From positions 2,240,001 to 2,304,000 of the forward strand of contig OZ245046.1 in NCBI GenBank assembly GCA_965224245.1: 64,000 nucleotides of DNA, read 5' to 3'. Position 1 is the stretch's first letter, and each line of letters opens with the position of its first letter. This document shows positions 49,720 to 59,081 of this stretch, one piece after another. The DNA comes from Candidatus Eiseniibacteriota bacterium. Lineage in GTDB: Bacteria > Eisenbacteria > RBG-16-71-46 > CAZAMP01. Both the position numbers and the translations under genes were made by a program. The notes under the pieces were generated by a model that made no database searches, was not told the DNA's origin, and was given only the letters and a program-made list of their open reading frames with translations.

Positions 49720-50724
49720 CCCGGGCTCGGTGATTCCGAGGCGTCGCATCTTGCCGATCAGCGTCGTGCGCTTGAGGCCGCCCAGGTAGTGGGCGGCCCG
49801 TGTCTTGTTCCAGCCCGAGCGCTCGAGCGCCTCCACGATCAGCGCGCGCTCGTACGCGGCCACCCGGCGCGTGAACGACGGGCCCTCGGGCGCCAGGTCG
49901 TCCTCGTGACGCGGGAAGTCACCGAGCGAGATGGTGCGCCGCTCCGCCCACGCCACGACGGCGGCGCGCTCGACCTCGTTGCGGAGCTGCCGCACGTTTC
50001 CGGGCCACCGGCGCCGCCGCAGCCCCGGCGCGACCTCCGCGTCGATCTCGGGACGCACACCGTGGCGGCTGGCCAGCCGGTCGAGTATGTGCGCGACCAG
50101 GAGCGGGATGTCCTGCGGACGCTCGACGAGCGGCGGCACCGTGAGCGGCGCGCCGCAGAGCCGGTAGAACAGATCGGCCCGGAACGTCCCCTCGCGTGAA
50201 CGCGATCTCAGGTCACGATTGGTCGCGGCCACCACACGCACGTCCACCCGACGGACGTCGTTCTCGCCCAGCCGGCGTATCTCGCCCTGCTCGAGGAAGC
50301 GCAGCAGCTTCGCCTGCGTCGGCGCCTCCATCTCACCCACCTCGTCGAGGAAGAGCGTGCCGTCGTCGGCCGATTCGATCAGGCCCACGCGATCGTTGCT
50401 CGCGCCGGTGAACGCGCCCCTCCGGACACCGAACAGCTCGCTCTCGAGCAGACCGGCGGGCAGGGCACCGCAGTTGACGGCGATCCACGGGCCGCGACGG
50501 CGGGCGCTCAGGCGATGGACGCCCTCGGCGAGGAGCTCCTTGCCGGTTCCGCTGGGACCCTCGATCAGAACAGGCAGGTGCGAACGTGCGTAGTCACGCG
50601 CGCGCCTGAGCATGTCGAACGTGCGGCGGTCGCAGGTGACGAATCCGGGAATGGGCGACGCCACGCCGAGCTTCGCCGTCGGCGCGGCGCGAGCGGCGTC
50701 GCGGTGCGAAGAGCAATCGGGCAT
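49696..50724 (-). CDS. Sigma54-dependent transcriptional activator (AAA+ and Fis HTH) without a sensory domain
   Basis: GPSGTGKELLA, LESELFG..RGAFTGA, LFLDEVGE, WPGNVRQL.N, WNKTRAA HTH. Confidence 0.92.
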   Translation of the reverse strand: MPDCSSHRDAARAAPTAKLGVASPIPGFVTCDRRTFDMLRRARDYARSHLPVLIEGPSGTGKELLAEGVHRLSARRRGPWIAVNCGALPAGLLESELFGVRRGAFTGASNDRVGLIESADDGTLFLDEVGEMEAPTQAKLLRFLEQGEIRRLGENDVRRVDVRVVAATNRDLRSRSREGTFRADLFYRLCGAPLTVPPLVERPQDIPLLVAHILDRLASRHGVRPEIDAEVAPGLRRRRWPGNVRQLRNEVERAAVVAWAERRTISLGDFPRHEDDLAPEGPSFTRRVAAYERALIVEALERSGWNKTRAAHYLGGLKRTTLIGKMRRLGITEPGLAEPSRD

Positions 50725-50817
50725 GCGGATCGACTCCGAACGCGATGGTCGTGAGATGCGGATGGCAGCGAGCAAGGCCAACCCGTGGTCCTGCGGCTGA
50801 ACGGCGATGCCCCGGAT

Positions 50818-50833
50818 TGCAAACGGAGTGCCA
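50818..50833 (-). promoter_or_regulatory. Sigma54 -24/-12 promoter
   Basis: Minus strand TGGCAC-TCCGT-TTGCA, matching the GG-N10-GC consensus, about 95 nt upstream of the activator gene. Confidence 0.85.
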
Positions 50834-51039
50834 CGCCCCCCCGGACCATGCACGACTCGGGGTGGAGAGGACAGCATCGTGCATCGGCAGAGGTTGCGTC
50901 CCCGCGCGGGCGTCGGCCGGCCCCCGACTTCACGCCCCGCTCCATGAGGTGATCGGCTGCCTTGTCGCCGCGCGCGATCCCCGGGCAACATCGCGACAGC
51001 GACGAGCGACGATCAACCCCCTCCGCACCGCGACGGCGA

Positions 51040-53208
51040 TCACTCCCCGCCGAGACGGGCGATCGCGCTCCGGATGGAGTCCGCGGTGGCGCCGCTCCCG
51101 GCCAGCCGCAGGGCGTCGGTGAGCTCGGTACGGGCGCGGTCTCGGGCCCCCGTCGCCGCCAGCGCGGATCCGAGCCGCCACCTGGCCACCGGGTCCCACT
51201 CGCGCAACGTGCACAGGTGGGTCCAGAGCCGCACGGCATCGTCGGCGCGGCCGAGCGAGTCGTACAGCGACGCCAGGGCTTCCACGACGTCGGGATCATC
51301 CGGTGCGGCGGCCTCGAGCGTCTCGTACGCCGCCACCGCATCGGCCGGTGAGCCGGTGCGCGCGAGCTGCTCCGCGCGATGCCGGAGGACGTCGAGATCG
51401 TCCGGCGCGAGCAGCACCGCTCGCATGAGCACCGAGTCGGAGCGCGCGTGCTCGCCGAGCGCGTCCAAAACGAGCGCGAAGCCCCGGAGGACGTCGACGT
51501 CGTTCGGCGTCTCGTCGAGGGCGGCGCGGAAGTGAGCGCGCGCCTCGTCGAGTCGACCCATCGCCGCGTGAACGCGTGCGAGACCCGCGTGCGCGTCGGC
51601 GGAGGGGAGGATCGACAGCGCCTCCGTGAACGCCCGGGCGGCCAGCGGAAGCTCACCCCGGACCAGCGCCGCCTCGCCGGTTCGCACGTGCCCCTTCGCA
51701 TCGTTGGCGGCGTTCCACTCGCCGATCCGGTCCTTGGCGTCCGGAAGCGGACCGCCCGTCGGCGGGTTCTCGAGACCCGAGATGTACCCGAGGTTGCCGA
51801 GCCACTCGCGCACGCGCGGCTCCGGCTGGATCGCCTCCACGAGACCGTCGATCCCGAACATCGCGGCGCGGGCGAGCGCACGTTCCTGAAACGCCGAGAG
51901 CTCGCCGTCGAGGCGTGCCGTCACGTCGGGAGACTCGGCGGCGACGTCATGGAGCTCCGCGGGGTCCGCCGCGCGATCGTAGAGCTCGGAGCGCGTCGTG
52001 CGTATCCACTTCCTGTCCCCGGAGATCCAGGATTCCTGGGGCGCCCAGCCGTACTCGAGCCGCGTGAAGTGGTTCTCGACGTAGATCTCTCGATCCGGTG
52101 CTCCGGGCGCCAGCCCCTTCGCGCTCTGGCCCGCGAACACTTCGGGAGGCTCGATGCCGGCCAGATCGAGGAGCGTGGGCGCGACGTCCACGAGCCCGAC
52201 GTTCGCGTCGATCCGCGCGATCGGCACCCGGGACGGGCTCCACAGGATCCACGGCACGTGCACGGTGGTGTCGTAGACGAAGATGCCGTGCGCCCACTCC
52301 TCGTGCTCGCCGAGCCCCTCTCCGTGATCGGCCACGACCGCGACCACGGGCGCGGAGTCGCGGGCTCGAACCGCATCGAGGAGTCGGGCGACCAGTGAGT
52401 CGGTGTACGCGATCTCGCCCTCGTAGAACGACTCGTAGCGCGACAGGTACGGCTCGGGCGGATCGTACGGCGAGTGGGGATCAAACAGGTGCACCATCAG
52501 GAAGTACGGTCCGTCGACCGACGCCAGCCAGTCGATCGCGCGTGCGACCGTGCGATCGCCGCGGCGTTCGCTTCCGGTCCACTCGGGTGTGAGCGACCGG
52601 AACACCTCGCGGTTGAACGTGAAGGGCTCGGAGAAGTCGTCGTCGTAGACGTCGAATCCCTGGGCGCAGCCGGTCTCGCGGCGCACGGGAAGCGACGAGA
52701 CGAACGCACCGGTGACGTAGCCGCGCTCGGCGAAGACCTCCGCGAGCGTCGTGGCGCGCTCGGAGAGGCGCTCGTCGTAGTTCTCCCGCACTCGGTGCAC
52801 GAGCGGCCACTGGCTCGACAGGATGCTCGAGACCGACGGCAGCGTCAGCGGGTACGGCGAGAAGCACGACGTGAACAGCATCCCCTCGGCCGCGAGCGCG
52901 TCCAGGTGGGGCGTCAGGTCGTCGCGACCGCCGATCGCGCCGAGGTGGTCGGCCCGAAACGTGTCGAGCACGATCAGGACCACCGGGGGCCCGGAGACCG
53001 GCGATCGCTCGCAGGCCGCGCACACCATCAGGGCCGCTGCGCCGAGCGCGATTCCCCATCGACTCGGCGGCGTGCACGATCGACACGATCGCGCGCGGCG
53101 CGGACGCGGTGGCGCGGGTGATCGACACGGTGACGGATCGGTCGGCTTGCCGGGCGCCGTGACCCGGGATAAGCTCGCCGGCGTTCGGGCCCGCGATCGG
53201 GCCCCCAA
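51040..53208 (-). CDS. Sulfatase-like (alkaline phosphatase superfamily) lipoprotein with C-terminal TPRs
   Basis: VVLIVLDTFRADHL, PLTLPS, HLFDPH.PY, ADHGEGLGEH; TPR helices; lipobox CAA-C; start codon uncertain. Confidence 0.85.
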   Translation of the reverse strand: MGARSRARTPASLSRVTAPGKPTDPSPCRSPAPPRPRRARSCRSCTPPSRWGIALGAAALMVCAACERSPVSGPPVVLIVLDTFRADHLGAIGGRDDLTPHLDALAAEGMLFTSCFSPYPLTLPSVSSILSSQWPLVHRVRENYDERLSERATTLAEVFAERGYVTGAFVSSLPVRRETGCAQGFDVYDDDFSEPFTFNREVFRSLTPEWTGSERRGDRTVARAIDWLASVDGPYFLMVHLFDPHSPYDPPEPYLSRYESFYEGEIAYTDSLVARLLDAVRARDSAPVVAVVADHGEGLGEHEEWAHGIFVYDTTVHVPWILWSPSRVPIARIDANVGLVDVAPTLLDLAGIEPPEVFAGQSAKGLAPGAPDREIYVENHFTRLEYGWAPQESWISGDRKWIRTTRSELYDRAADPAELHDVAAESPDVTARLDGELSAFQERALARAAMFGIDGLVEAIQPEPRVREWLGNLGYISGLENPPTGGPLPDAKDRIGEWNAANDAKGHVRTGEAALVRGELPLAARAFTEALSILPSADAHAGLARVHAAMGRLDEARAHFRAALDETPNDVDVLRGFALVLDALGEHARSDSVLMRAVLLAPDDLDVLRHRAEQLARTGSPADAVAAYETLEAAAPDDPDVVEALASLYDSLGRADDAVRLWTHLCTLREWDPVARWRLGSALAATGARDRARTELTDALRLAGSGATADSIRSAIARLGGE

Positions 53209-53299
53209 TCGGCTCGCGACCCGAGTCGGACGTGTCGCGTCGGGCGTCCCCGGCGCCGCGCCCGGGCATGGAGCGCGATCGTCACCCTGGAGGCTCGTG

Positions 53300-53845
53300 G
53301 TGCGCATCGAACGCGATCGGGCGACGCTCGTCGTGGTGGACGTGCAGGAGCGGCTCTTTCCCCACATCCACGGGCACGACGACCTCGCCCGCGAGATCCC
53401 GCGTCTGATCCAAGGACTGCGAACGCTGGACGTTCCCATCGTGGTCACCGAGCAGTATGTGAAGGGCCTCGGGCCGACCATCGAGCCCGTTCGCACCGCG
53501 CTCGGATCCGCCTACTCTCCGATCGAGAAGATGAGCTTTTCGTGTTGCGGCAACAACCCCTTTCTGGAGGCTCTCACCGCCCTGGATCGGAGCCACGCGA
53601 TCCTGACCGGGATCGAGACACACGTGTGCGTGTACCAGACGGCGATCGACCTGATCGAGCGCGGGTACTTCGTGCACCTGGTGGTCGATGCCGTGGGGTC
53701 CCGAACCACCCGGAACCGCGACGTGGCGGTCCGGAGGATGGAGCAGGCCGGCGTCACCCCGACGAGCGTCGAGATGTGCCTGTTCGAGCTGTGCCGCGTC
53801 GCGGGCACCGACGAGTTCCGCGCCATCTCCCGACTCGTGAAGTAG
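53300..53845 (+). CDS. Isochorismatase-family hydrolase (YcaC/ISOC-like)
   Basis: VVVDVQERL, TEQY.KGLGPT, KMSFSC, GIETHVCVYQT; GGAGG SD. Confidence 0.92.
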   Translation: MRIERDRATLVVVDVQERLFPHIHGHDDLAREIPRLIQGLRTLDVPIVVTEQYVKGLGPTIEPVRTALGSAYSPIEKMSFSCCGNNPFLEALTALDRSHAILTGIETHVCVYQTAIDLIERGYFVHLVVDAVGSRTTRNRDVAVRRMEQAGVTPTSVEMCLFELCRVAGTDEFRAISRLVK

Positions 53846-53905
53846 GGTGAGTCCGCTCGGCGACCCCGCCCGCCGGGGAAGCCCCCGCGTTCGCGCTGGC
53901 GACGA

Positions 53906-56602
53906 TCACTCGTGAGCGTCCAGCCACGTCCGTCCCCACCCGGCATCCACCACGAGCGGCACGTCCAGGTCCAGCGCGCCCTCCATCTCCTCGCGGACGA
54001 TCGACTCGAGGGCGTCCTCCTCCCCGCGCGGCGCCTCGAACACGAGCTCGTCGTGCACGGTCAAGAGCATGCCGGCCGCGAAGCCGTCGGTCTCCATGCG
54101 CCGCGCGATCCGGACCATCGCCACCTTGATGAGATCGGCCGCCGTGCCCTGGATGACCGTGTTCACCGCCGTGCGCTCGGCGTACGCCCGGCGCTGATGA
54201 TGCTCGGAGCCGATGTCGGGAAGATACCGGCGACGACCGAGCAGCGTCGTCACGTAGCCGTCGATGCGGGAGCGCCCGAGGACGTCGTCCTTGAACTGGC
54301 GCACCGATGCGTAGCGTTCGAAGTACGACTCGATGAACGCCTTCGCATCCTTCTGCGGGATCTTCAGCGCCTCGGCCAGCCCACGAGGCCCCTGTCCGTA
54401 CACGACGCCGAAGTTGACCGCCTTCGCCTTGGCGCGCATCTCGTCGGTGACGTCGTCGAACGAGACCCCGAACACGGCGGCCGCGGTGTGCCGGTGCACG
54501 TCGACCCCGTCGGTGAACGCTTCGCGGAGCCCCGAGTCGCCGGAGATCGACGCGAGGATCCGCAGCTCGACCTGGCTGTAGTCCGCACTCAGGAGCCGCC
54601 ATCGGTCGGGAGCCACGAACCCCGCTCGGATGCGACGGCCCGCCGGGGTCCGGATGGGGATGTTCTGCAGGTTGGGGTCGCTGGACGAGAGCCGGCCGGT
54701 GGCCGCGATCGTCTGGTTGAACGACGAGTGCAGCCGTCCGGTGTCGGCGCGCACGAGCTTCGGCAGCGCGTCGACGTACGTGGACAGGAGCTTCTGCACC
54801 TGCCGGTACTCGAGGATCTTCCCGGGCAAGGGGTGCCGTGACGCGAGTCGCTCGAGCACGTCGCTGTCGGTCGAGGCGCCGCTCTTCGTCTTGCGCCCCG
54901 CCGGGAGCCCGAGCTCGTCGAACAGGATCACGCGGAGCTGCGTCGGCGAGTTGACGTTGAACTCACGCCCCACGATCTCGTGGATCTCCTGCTCGCGCGC
55001 CCGCATCTCGCCGGTGAGCTCGCGGGAGAGCGCCGTGAAGAGCTCGGCATCGAGGAGGATTCCGCGCCGTTCCATCCGCAGGATGACCTCGCTGAGCGGC
55101 ATCTCCACGTCGACGAACAGCGGCTCCAGCTCGAGCTCACGCAGTCGCGGCGCGAAGACGTTGCGCAGCCGCAGCACGACGTCGACGTGCTCGCATGCGA
55201 GCTTCGAGACGCGATCCACCTCGACCTCCCACAGCTGACGCCGGTCCTTGCCGGTGCCCATGAGCTCGGCGCGCGTGGTGAGCGTCAGATCGAGCTCCTG
55301 ACGTGCGAGGTCCTCGACGGCGTAGCGCGCCTTGCCCGGCTCAAGGAGATAGGCCGCGAGCAGCGTGTCGAAGTCGACGCCCCGAAGCGTGATCCCGTGG
55401 TTCGCCAGCACCGACGCCGCGAACTTCCCGTCGTGAACGACCTTCGCCACGTCGACGTCTTCCAGCACCGGGCCGATCCGGGCCAGCACGTCGTCCAGCG
55501 GCAGGTTCACCTCGTCGGAGGCGTCCATCATCGCGCCGTGTCCCAGCGCGACGTAGTGCCCGACACCCTCGCCGACGGTGAACGCCACGCCCACCAGTCG
55601 CGCCTCCAGGGCGTCTCCGCTCGTGGTCTCGAGACCGATCGCCAGCACGTCGCCGGACGCCGCCTCGGGGAGGAGCTGCTCCAGCGACGCGAGCGACGTC
55701 ACGCGGGAGTAGCTCACCTCGGGCGCCGGTTTGCTGGGCGTGAAGAGATCGGTGAAGCGCGTGATCTCCATCGCCTTGAACAGCGCGCCGAGCCGCGCCT
55801 CGTCGGGTGCGCCGGGCTTCAACGCGTCGAAGTCCACGTCGAGGTCGACGTCGGTGTCGATGGTGACCAGCCGCCGCGAGAGCTCCGCATCGTCCCGGTG
55901 CTCCTGGAGTCGCTCGCCGAGCTTTCCCTTGATCCGGTCCGCGGTGGCCAGGATCCGATCCAGCGAGCCGTGCTCCTCGAGGAGCTTGATCGCCGTCTTC
56001 TTCCCCACCCCCGGCACGCCGGGGATGTTGTCGGAGGAGTCGCCCATCAGCGCCAGGAGGTCGACGATCCGTGCGGGCGGCACGCCCATCCACTCGGTCA
56101 CGCCGTCGGGGCCGAGCAGATCCTCGTCCCCTCCGCCCTTGGGTCGGACGATGGACACGCGGTCGCTCACCAGCTGGCAGAAGTCCTTGTCGCCCGAGTA
56201 GATCGTCACGTCGATGTCGGCCGCGGCGGCCCGCGCGGCCAGCGTTCCGATGATGTCGTCGGCCTCGATGCCGTCGTGGCTGATCAACGCGATGTTCATG
56301 GCGTCGACGAGCTCCCGGATGTGGGGCAGGGAATCGCCGAGCTCGTCGGGCATCTTGGCCCGCGTCGACTTGTACTCGGGATAGAGCGCATGACGGGGCG
56401 TCGGCGCCTTGGTGTCGAACGCGATCGCCACGTACTCGGGGTGATCCTCGCGCAGGATCTTCGTCAGCGTATTCGCGAAGCCGTAGACGGCCGACGTGTT
56501 CTCGCCGCGCGAGTTGATCAGCGGGTTCCGGATGAACACGAAGTACGACCGATACGCGAGCGCGGATCCGTCGATCAATCCCAGTCGCGGCGTTCTCGCC
56601 AT
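53906..56602 (-). CDS. polA: DNA polymerase I
   Basis: 5'-3' exonuclease (LIDG..AYRSY, EADD, GDSSDNIPGV), polymerase motifs ADYSQVELR, KAVNFGVVYG, TVHDELVFE. Confidence 0.98.
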   Translation of the reverse strand: MARTPRLGLIDGSALAYRSYFVFIRNPLINSRGENTSAVYGFANTLTKILREDHPEYVAIAFDTKAPTPRHALYPEYKSTRAKMPDELGDSLPHIRELVDAMNIALISHDGIEADDIIGTLAARAAAADIDVTIYSGDKDFCQLVSDRVSIVRPKGGGDEDLLGPDGVTEWMGVPPARIVDLLALMGDSSDNIPGVPGVGKKTAIKLLEEHGSLDRILATADRIKGKLGERLQEHRDDAELSRRLVTIDTDVDLDVDFDALKPGAPDEARLGALFKAMEITRFTDLFTPSKPAPEVSYSRVTSLASLEQLLPEAASGDVLAIGLETTSGDALEARLVGVAFTVGEGVGHYVALGHGAMMDASDEVNLPLDDVLARIGPVLEDVDVAKVVHDGKFAASVLANHGITLRGVDFDTLLAAYLLEPGKARYAVEDLARQELDLTLTTRAELMGTGKDRRQLWEVEVDRVSKLACEHVDVVLRLRNVFAPRLRELELEPLFVDVEMPLSEVILRMERRGILLDAELFTALSRELTGEMRAREQEIHEIVGREFNVNSPTQLRVILFDELGLPAGRKTKSGASTDSDVLERLASRHPLPGKILEYRQVQKLLSTYVDALPKLVRADTGRLHSSFNQTIAATGRLSSSDPNLQNIPIRTPAGRRIRAGFVAPDRWRLLSADYSQVELRILASISGDSGLREAFTDGVDVHRHTAAAVFGVSFDDVTDEMRAKAKAVNFGVVYGQGPRGLAEALKIPQKDAKAFIESYFERYASVRQFKDDVLGRSRIDGYVTTLLGRRRYLPDIGSEHHQRRAYAERTAVNTVIQGTAADLIKVAMVRIARRMETDGFAAGMLLTVHDELVFEAPRGEEDALESIVREEMEGALDLDVPLVVDAGWGRTWLDAHE

Positions 56603-56985
56603 CGTGCCTCTTCCCGTCAGGCGCCCGTCCGTGGTGGAGCCGCGTCACCCTCGCGAGCGCCCGCACCGAAATCAGTGGCGCGGATTGTACTCGGTCGCCT
56701 CGACGACGCCCAGCCCGGCCGGCTTGGCCCGAGGGTGCGGCCGTGGATGCACGATGTCGATCCGGCGCCCCGGACGGGGTCGTCGGGCGCGCACGGGCAC
56801 GACGTTCGTGGTAGAACTCCTCGTCCGCGATGGCCGGTCGCCGGCGCGGTCACGCGCCGGCGCGGAAACGAGCCCCGAGGGTTGCACACCCCGAGGGCTG
56901 CGATGACGACGGCGGCGACTCGGGCGAGAATCGAGACCGTCTCCGCAGTCGTGCGGCGGGACGTACGCGCCGCCAGGGAGGATGG

Positions 56986-57432
56986 ATGAACCCGTCGCCG
57001 GTCACCGTTCGGGACGGCTCGCCCGACGACGCGTCCGCGCTGGTGCGTCTCGGCGACGAGCTCGGCTACGCCGCGACCGAGGGCGACGTTCGCGATCGGG
57101 CCGAACGCCTGGCGTCCGACCCCGATCACGTGTTCCGCGTGGCGGTTCGAGACGGCGTCGTCGTGGGATGGATCCACGCGGCGCGCATCGACTCGCTGAC
57201 GGGCGCGCCGCGCCTGGAGATCCGGGGGCTCGTGGTCGCGCACGGCGATCGCCGGGGCGGGGTGGGCGCCCGGCTGGTGGCCGACGTCGAGACCTGGGCG
57301 AGATCTCGCGGACTCACCGCCGTGCGTGTCCGGAGCCGGACCGAGCGGGACGGCGCTCGCGCGTTCTACGAGCGACTCGGGTACCGGGTGGGCAAGACCC
57401 AGCACGTGTTCGACCGCCGGCTCGACGACTGA
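56986..57432 (+). CDS. GNAT family N-acetyltransferase
   Basis: LVVAHGDRRGGVGARL...ARAFYERLGY; GGAGG SD. Confidence 0.9.
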   Translation: MNPSPVTVRDGSPDDASALVRLGDELGYAATEGDVRDRAERLASDPDHVFRVAVRDGVVVGWIHAARIDSLTGAPRLEIRGLVVAHGDRRGGVGARLVADVETWARSRGLTAVRVRSRTERDGARAFYERLGYRVGKTQHVFDRRLDD

Positions 57433-57447
57433 GCGCGGCGCCCGGGC

Positions 57448-58866
57448 TCACTCGCGAGACGCCACCCATCGCGTGAGCGAGTCGATCGTGGCCGGGTTGA
57501 ACAGGAACATCCCCTGGCGCCAGTTCGCGAACGCCGTGGAGTCCGCATCGGCCCAGGCGAACAGGTGATCGGTGTCGGGAAGCACCATCAGCGTGGCCGC
57601 GCCCGGGTCGGGAAGCCACTCGTGTACGCGCTCGGCATCCTCGGTGGACGAGACGAAGTCGGACGAGCCGATGACCACGGCCACCCGGCCGGTCAGCGCA
57701 CCGTACAGGCGATCCAGGTCCACGTCGGCCAGCTCGCGCACGTACGTCTCGTTGCGTCCGCGCGTCCGCCCGGCGGCGTCCAGCACCAGCGGACGCCAGT
57801 CCGGATGCTCGTCCAGCACGTCCTCGATCGGACGCCCGTCGAGGACGCCGGCATAGAACGCGCGGATCGCGTCGCCGAGCGCGTCCACGTCGTGATCGCT
57901 GGCGCCGGCCAGCGAGGCCGAGCGGCGTGCGCCCGCGGCCACGAACTCCGGAAACGAACGACCCAGCGGCGCCGACAGGACCACGCCGGCGACGTCGGAC
58001 CGACCCTCGGCCACGCGCGCGGCCACGACGCCCCCGACGACGTGCCCGACGACGAAGCACTCCGCGTCCGGGTGTCGGGCCCGAACGTGGTCGAAGGCGG
58101 CCAGTGCGTCGGCCACGTCGGCCTCGAACCCCTGGTCGAGATAGCTGGGCCCCGCCGAGTCGCCGACGCCGGGCCGGTCGTAGCGCACGACGCCGAAGCC
58201 GTCGGTGGCCAGGCGAAACGCCAGCTCGCGAAAGAGGTTGTAGCCGCCCGACTCCACCGACCGATCCATGGCGTCCTGGATCAGGAGCACCCACCGCGTC
58301 GGCGTCTCGCCGGATGGACGCACGTGGATCGCGCGCAGGCAGTACTCGGCGTCCCCGCGCGAGACTCCGAATGCATCGAGCGTGACGTCGAGGCCGTCGC
58401 GCCACTCGATGGGCGCCTCGGTCAGATGCACCACGTGCTCGATCGTCCGGCGGTCGGACACGACCCGCATCGACACCTCGTCCCCGGCCGCGAACCGGCC
58501 GAGCGCGTCGAGAAACGTCATGGGATCCGGGGTGGACTGCCCGCCGACCGACACGATCACGTCGTCGACGCGGAGGCCCGCCGCGGCGGCCGGCGAGCGG
58601 CCGGCGATCGTCTGGATCCACACGCCCTCGCGTTCCTCGAGGCCGAGCCGGAGCGCGTTCGGCGTGGTCAGCGCGCGTCCGACCAGACCCAGGTACGCCC
58701 GGCGCGGCAGGCCCTCGGGGCACCCGCGTGGCGGATGGCCGGCGATACCCGTCGTGCCCTCGGCACCGGGCCCGATCACGTCCGCCGGGGTGGGCGACGA
58801 CCCCGCCAGCGCGAGAGCCGCCCCCAGCGCGGGCGTGGTGCGCGCGAGCGCCCGCATCCGCCTCAT
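57448..58866 (-). CDS. Secreted PDZ-domain alpha/beta-hydrolase-fold protein (nucleophile Ser absent)
   Basis: PDZ 'YLGL...GV.IQTI..RSPAAAAGLRVDDVIVSV'; hydrolase 'VRYDRPGVGDSAG', GHVVGG, DHLF. Confidence 0.8.
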   Translation of the reverse strand: MRRMRALARTTPALGAALALAGSSPTPADVIGPGAEGTTGIAGHPPRGCPEGLPRRAYLGLVGRALTTPNALRLGLEEREGVWIQTIAGRSPAAAAGLRVDDVIVSVGGQSTPDPMTFLDALGRFAAGDEVSMRVVSDRRTIEHVVHLTEAPIEWRDGLDVTLDAFGVSRGDAEYCLRAIHVRPSGETPTRWVLLIQDAMDRSVESGGYNLFRELAFRLATDGFGVVRYDRPGVGDSAGPSYLDQGFEADVADALAAFDHVRARHPDAECFVVGHVVGGVVAARVAEGRSDVAGVVLSAPLGRSFPEFVAAGARRSASLAGASDHDVDALGDAIRAFYAGVLDGRPIEDVLDEHPDWRPLVLDAAGRTRGRNETYVRELADVDLDRLYGALTGRVAVVIGSSDFVSSTEDAERVHEWLPDPGAATLMVLPDTDHLFAWADADSTAFANWRQGMFLFNPATIDSLTRWVASRE

Positions 58867-59081
58867 TGATCGGTCGAACCCTCGATCCTGCACGCCAACC
58901 TCCAGGCGAGCCCATCGGCACGTGGCCGGGCGGGTCGGCGCGTGGTCACGGCCGCCCGTCACGGTCATCCATCGGCCGTTCCCGCCCGATCTCCGGCCTT
59001 TTCGCTTGCCCCGAGCGCGAGGCTTCTCCGATCATCCTCGGACTCGTTTTTGGACCCACCCCCCTCTCGGGAGCCTCGCCG

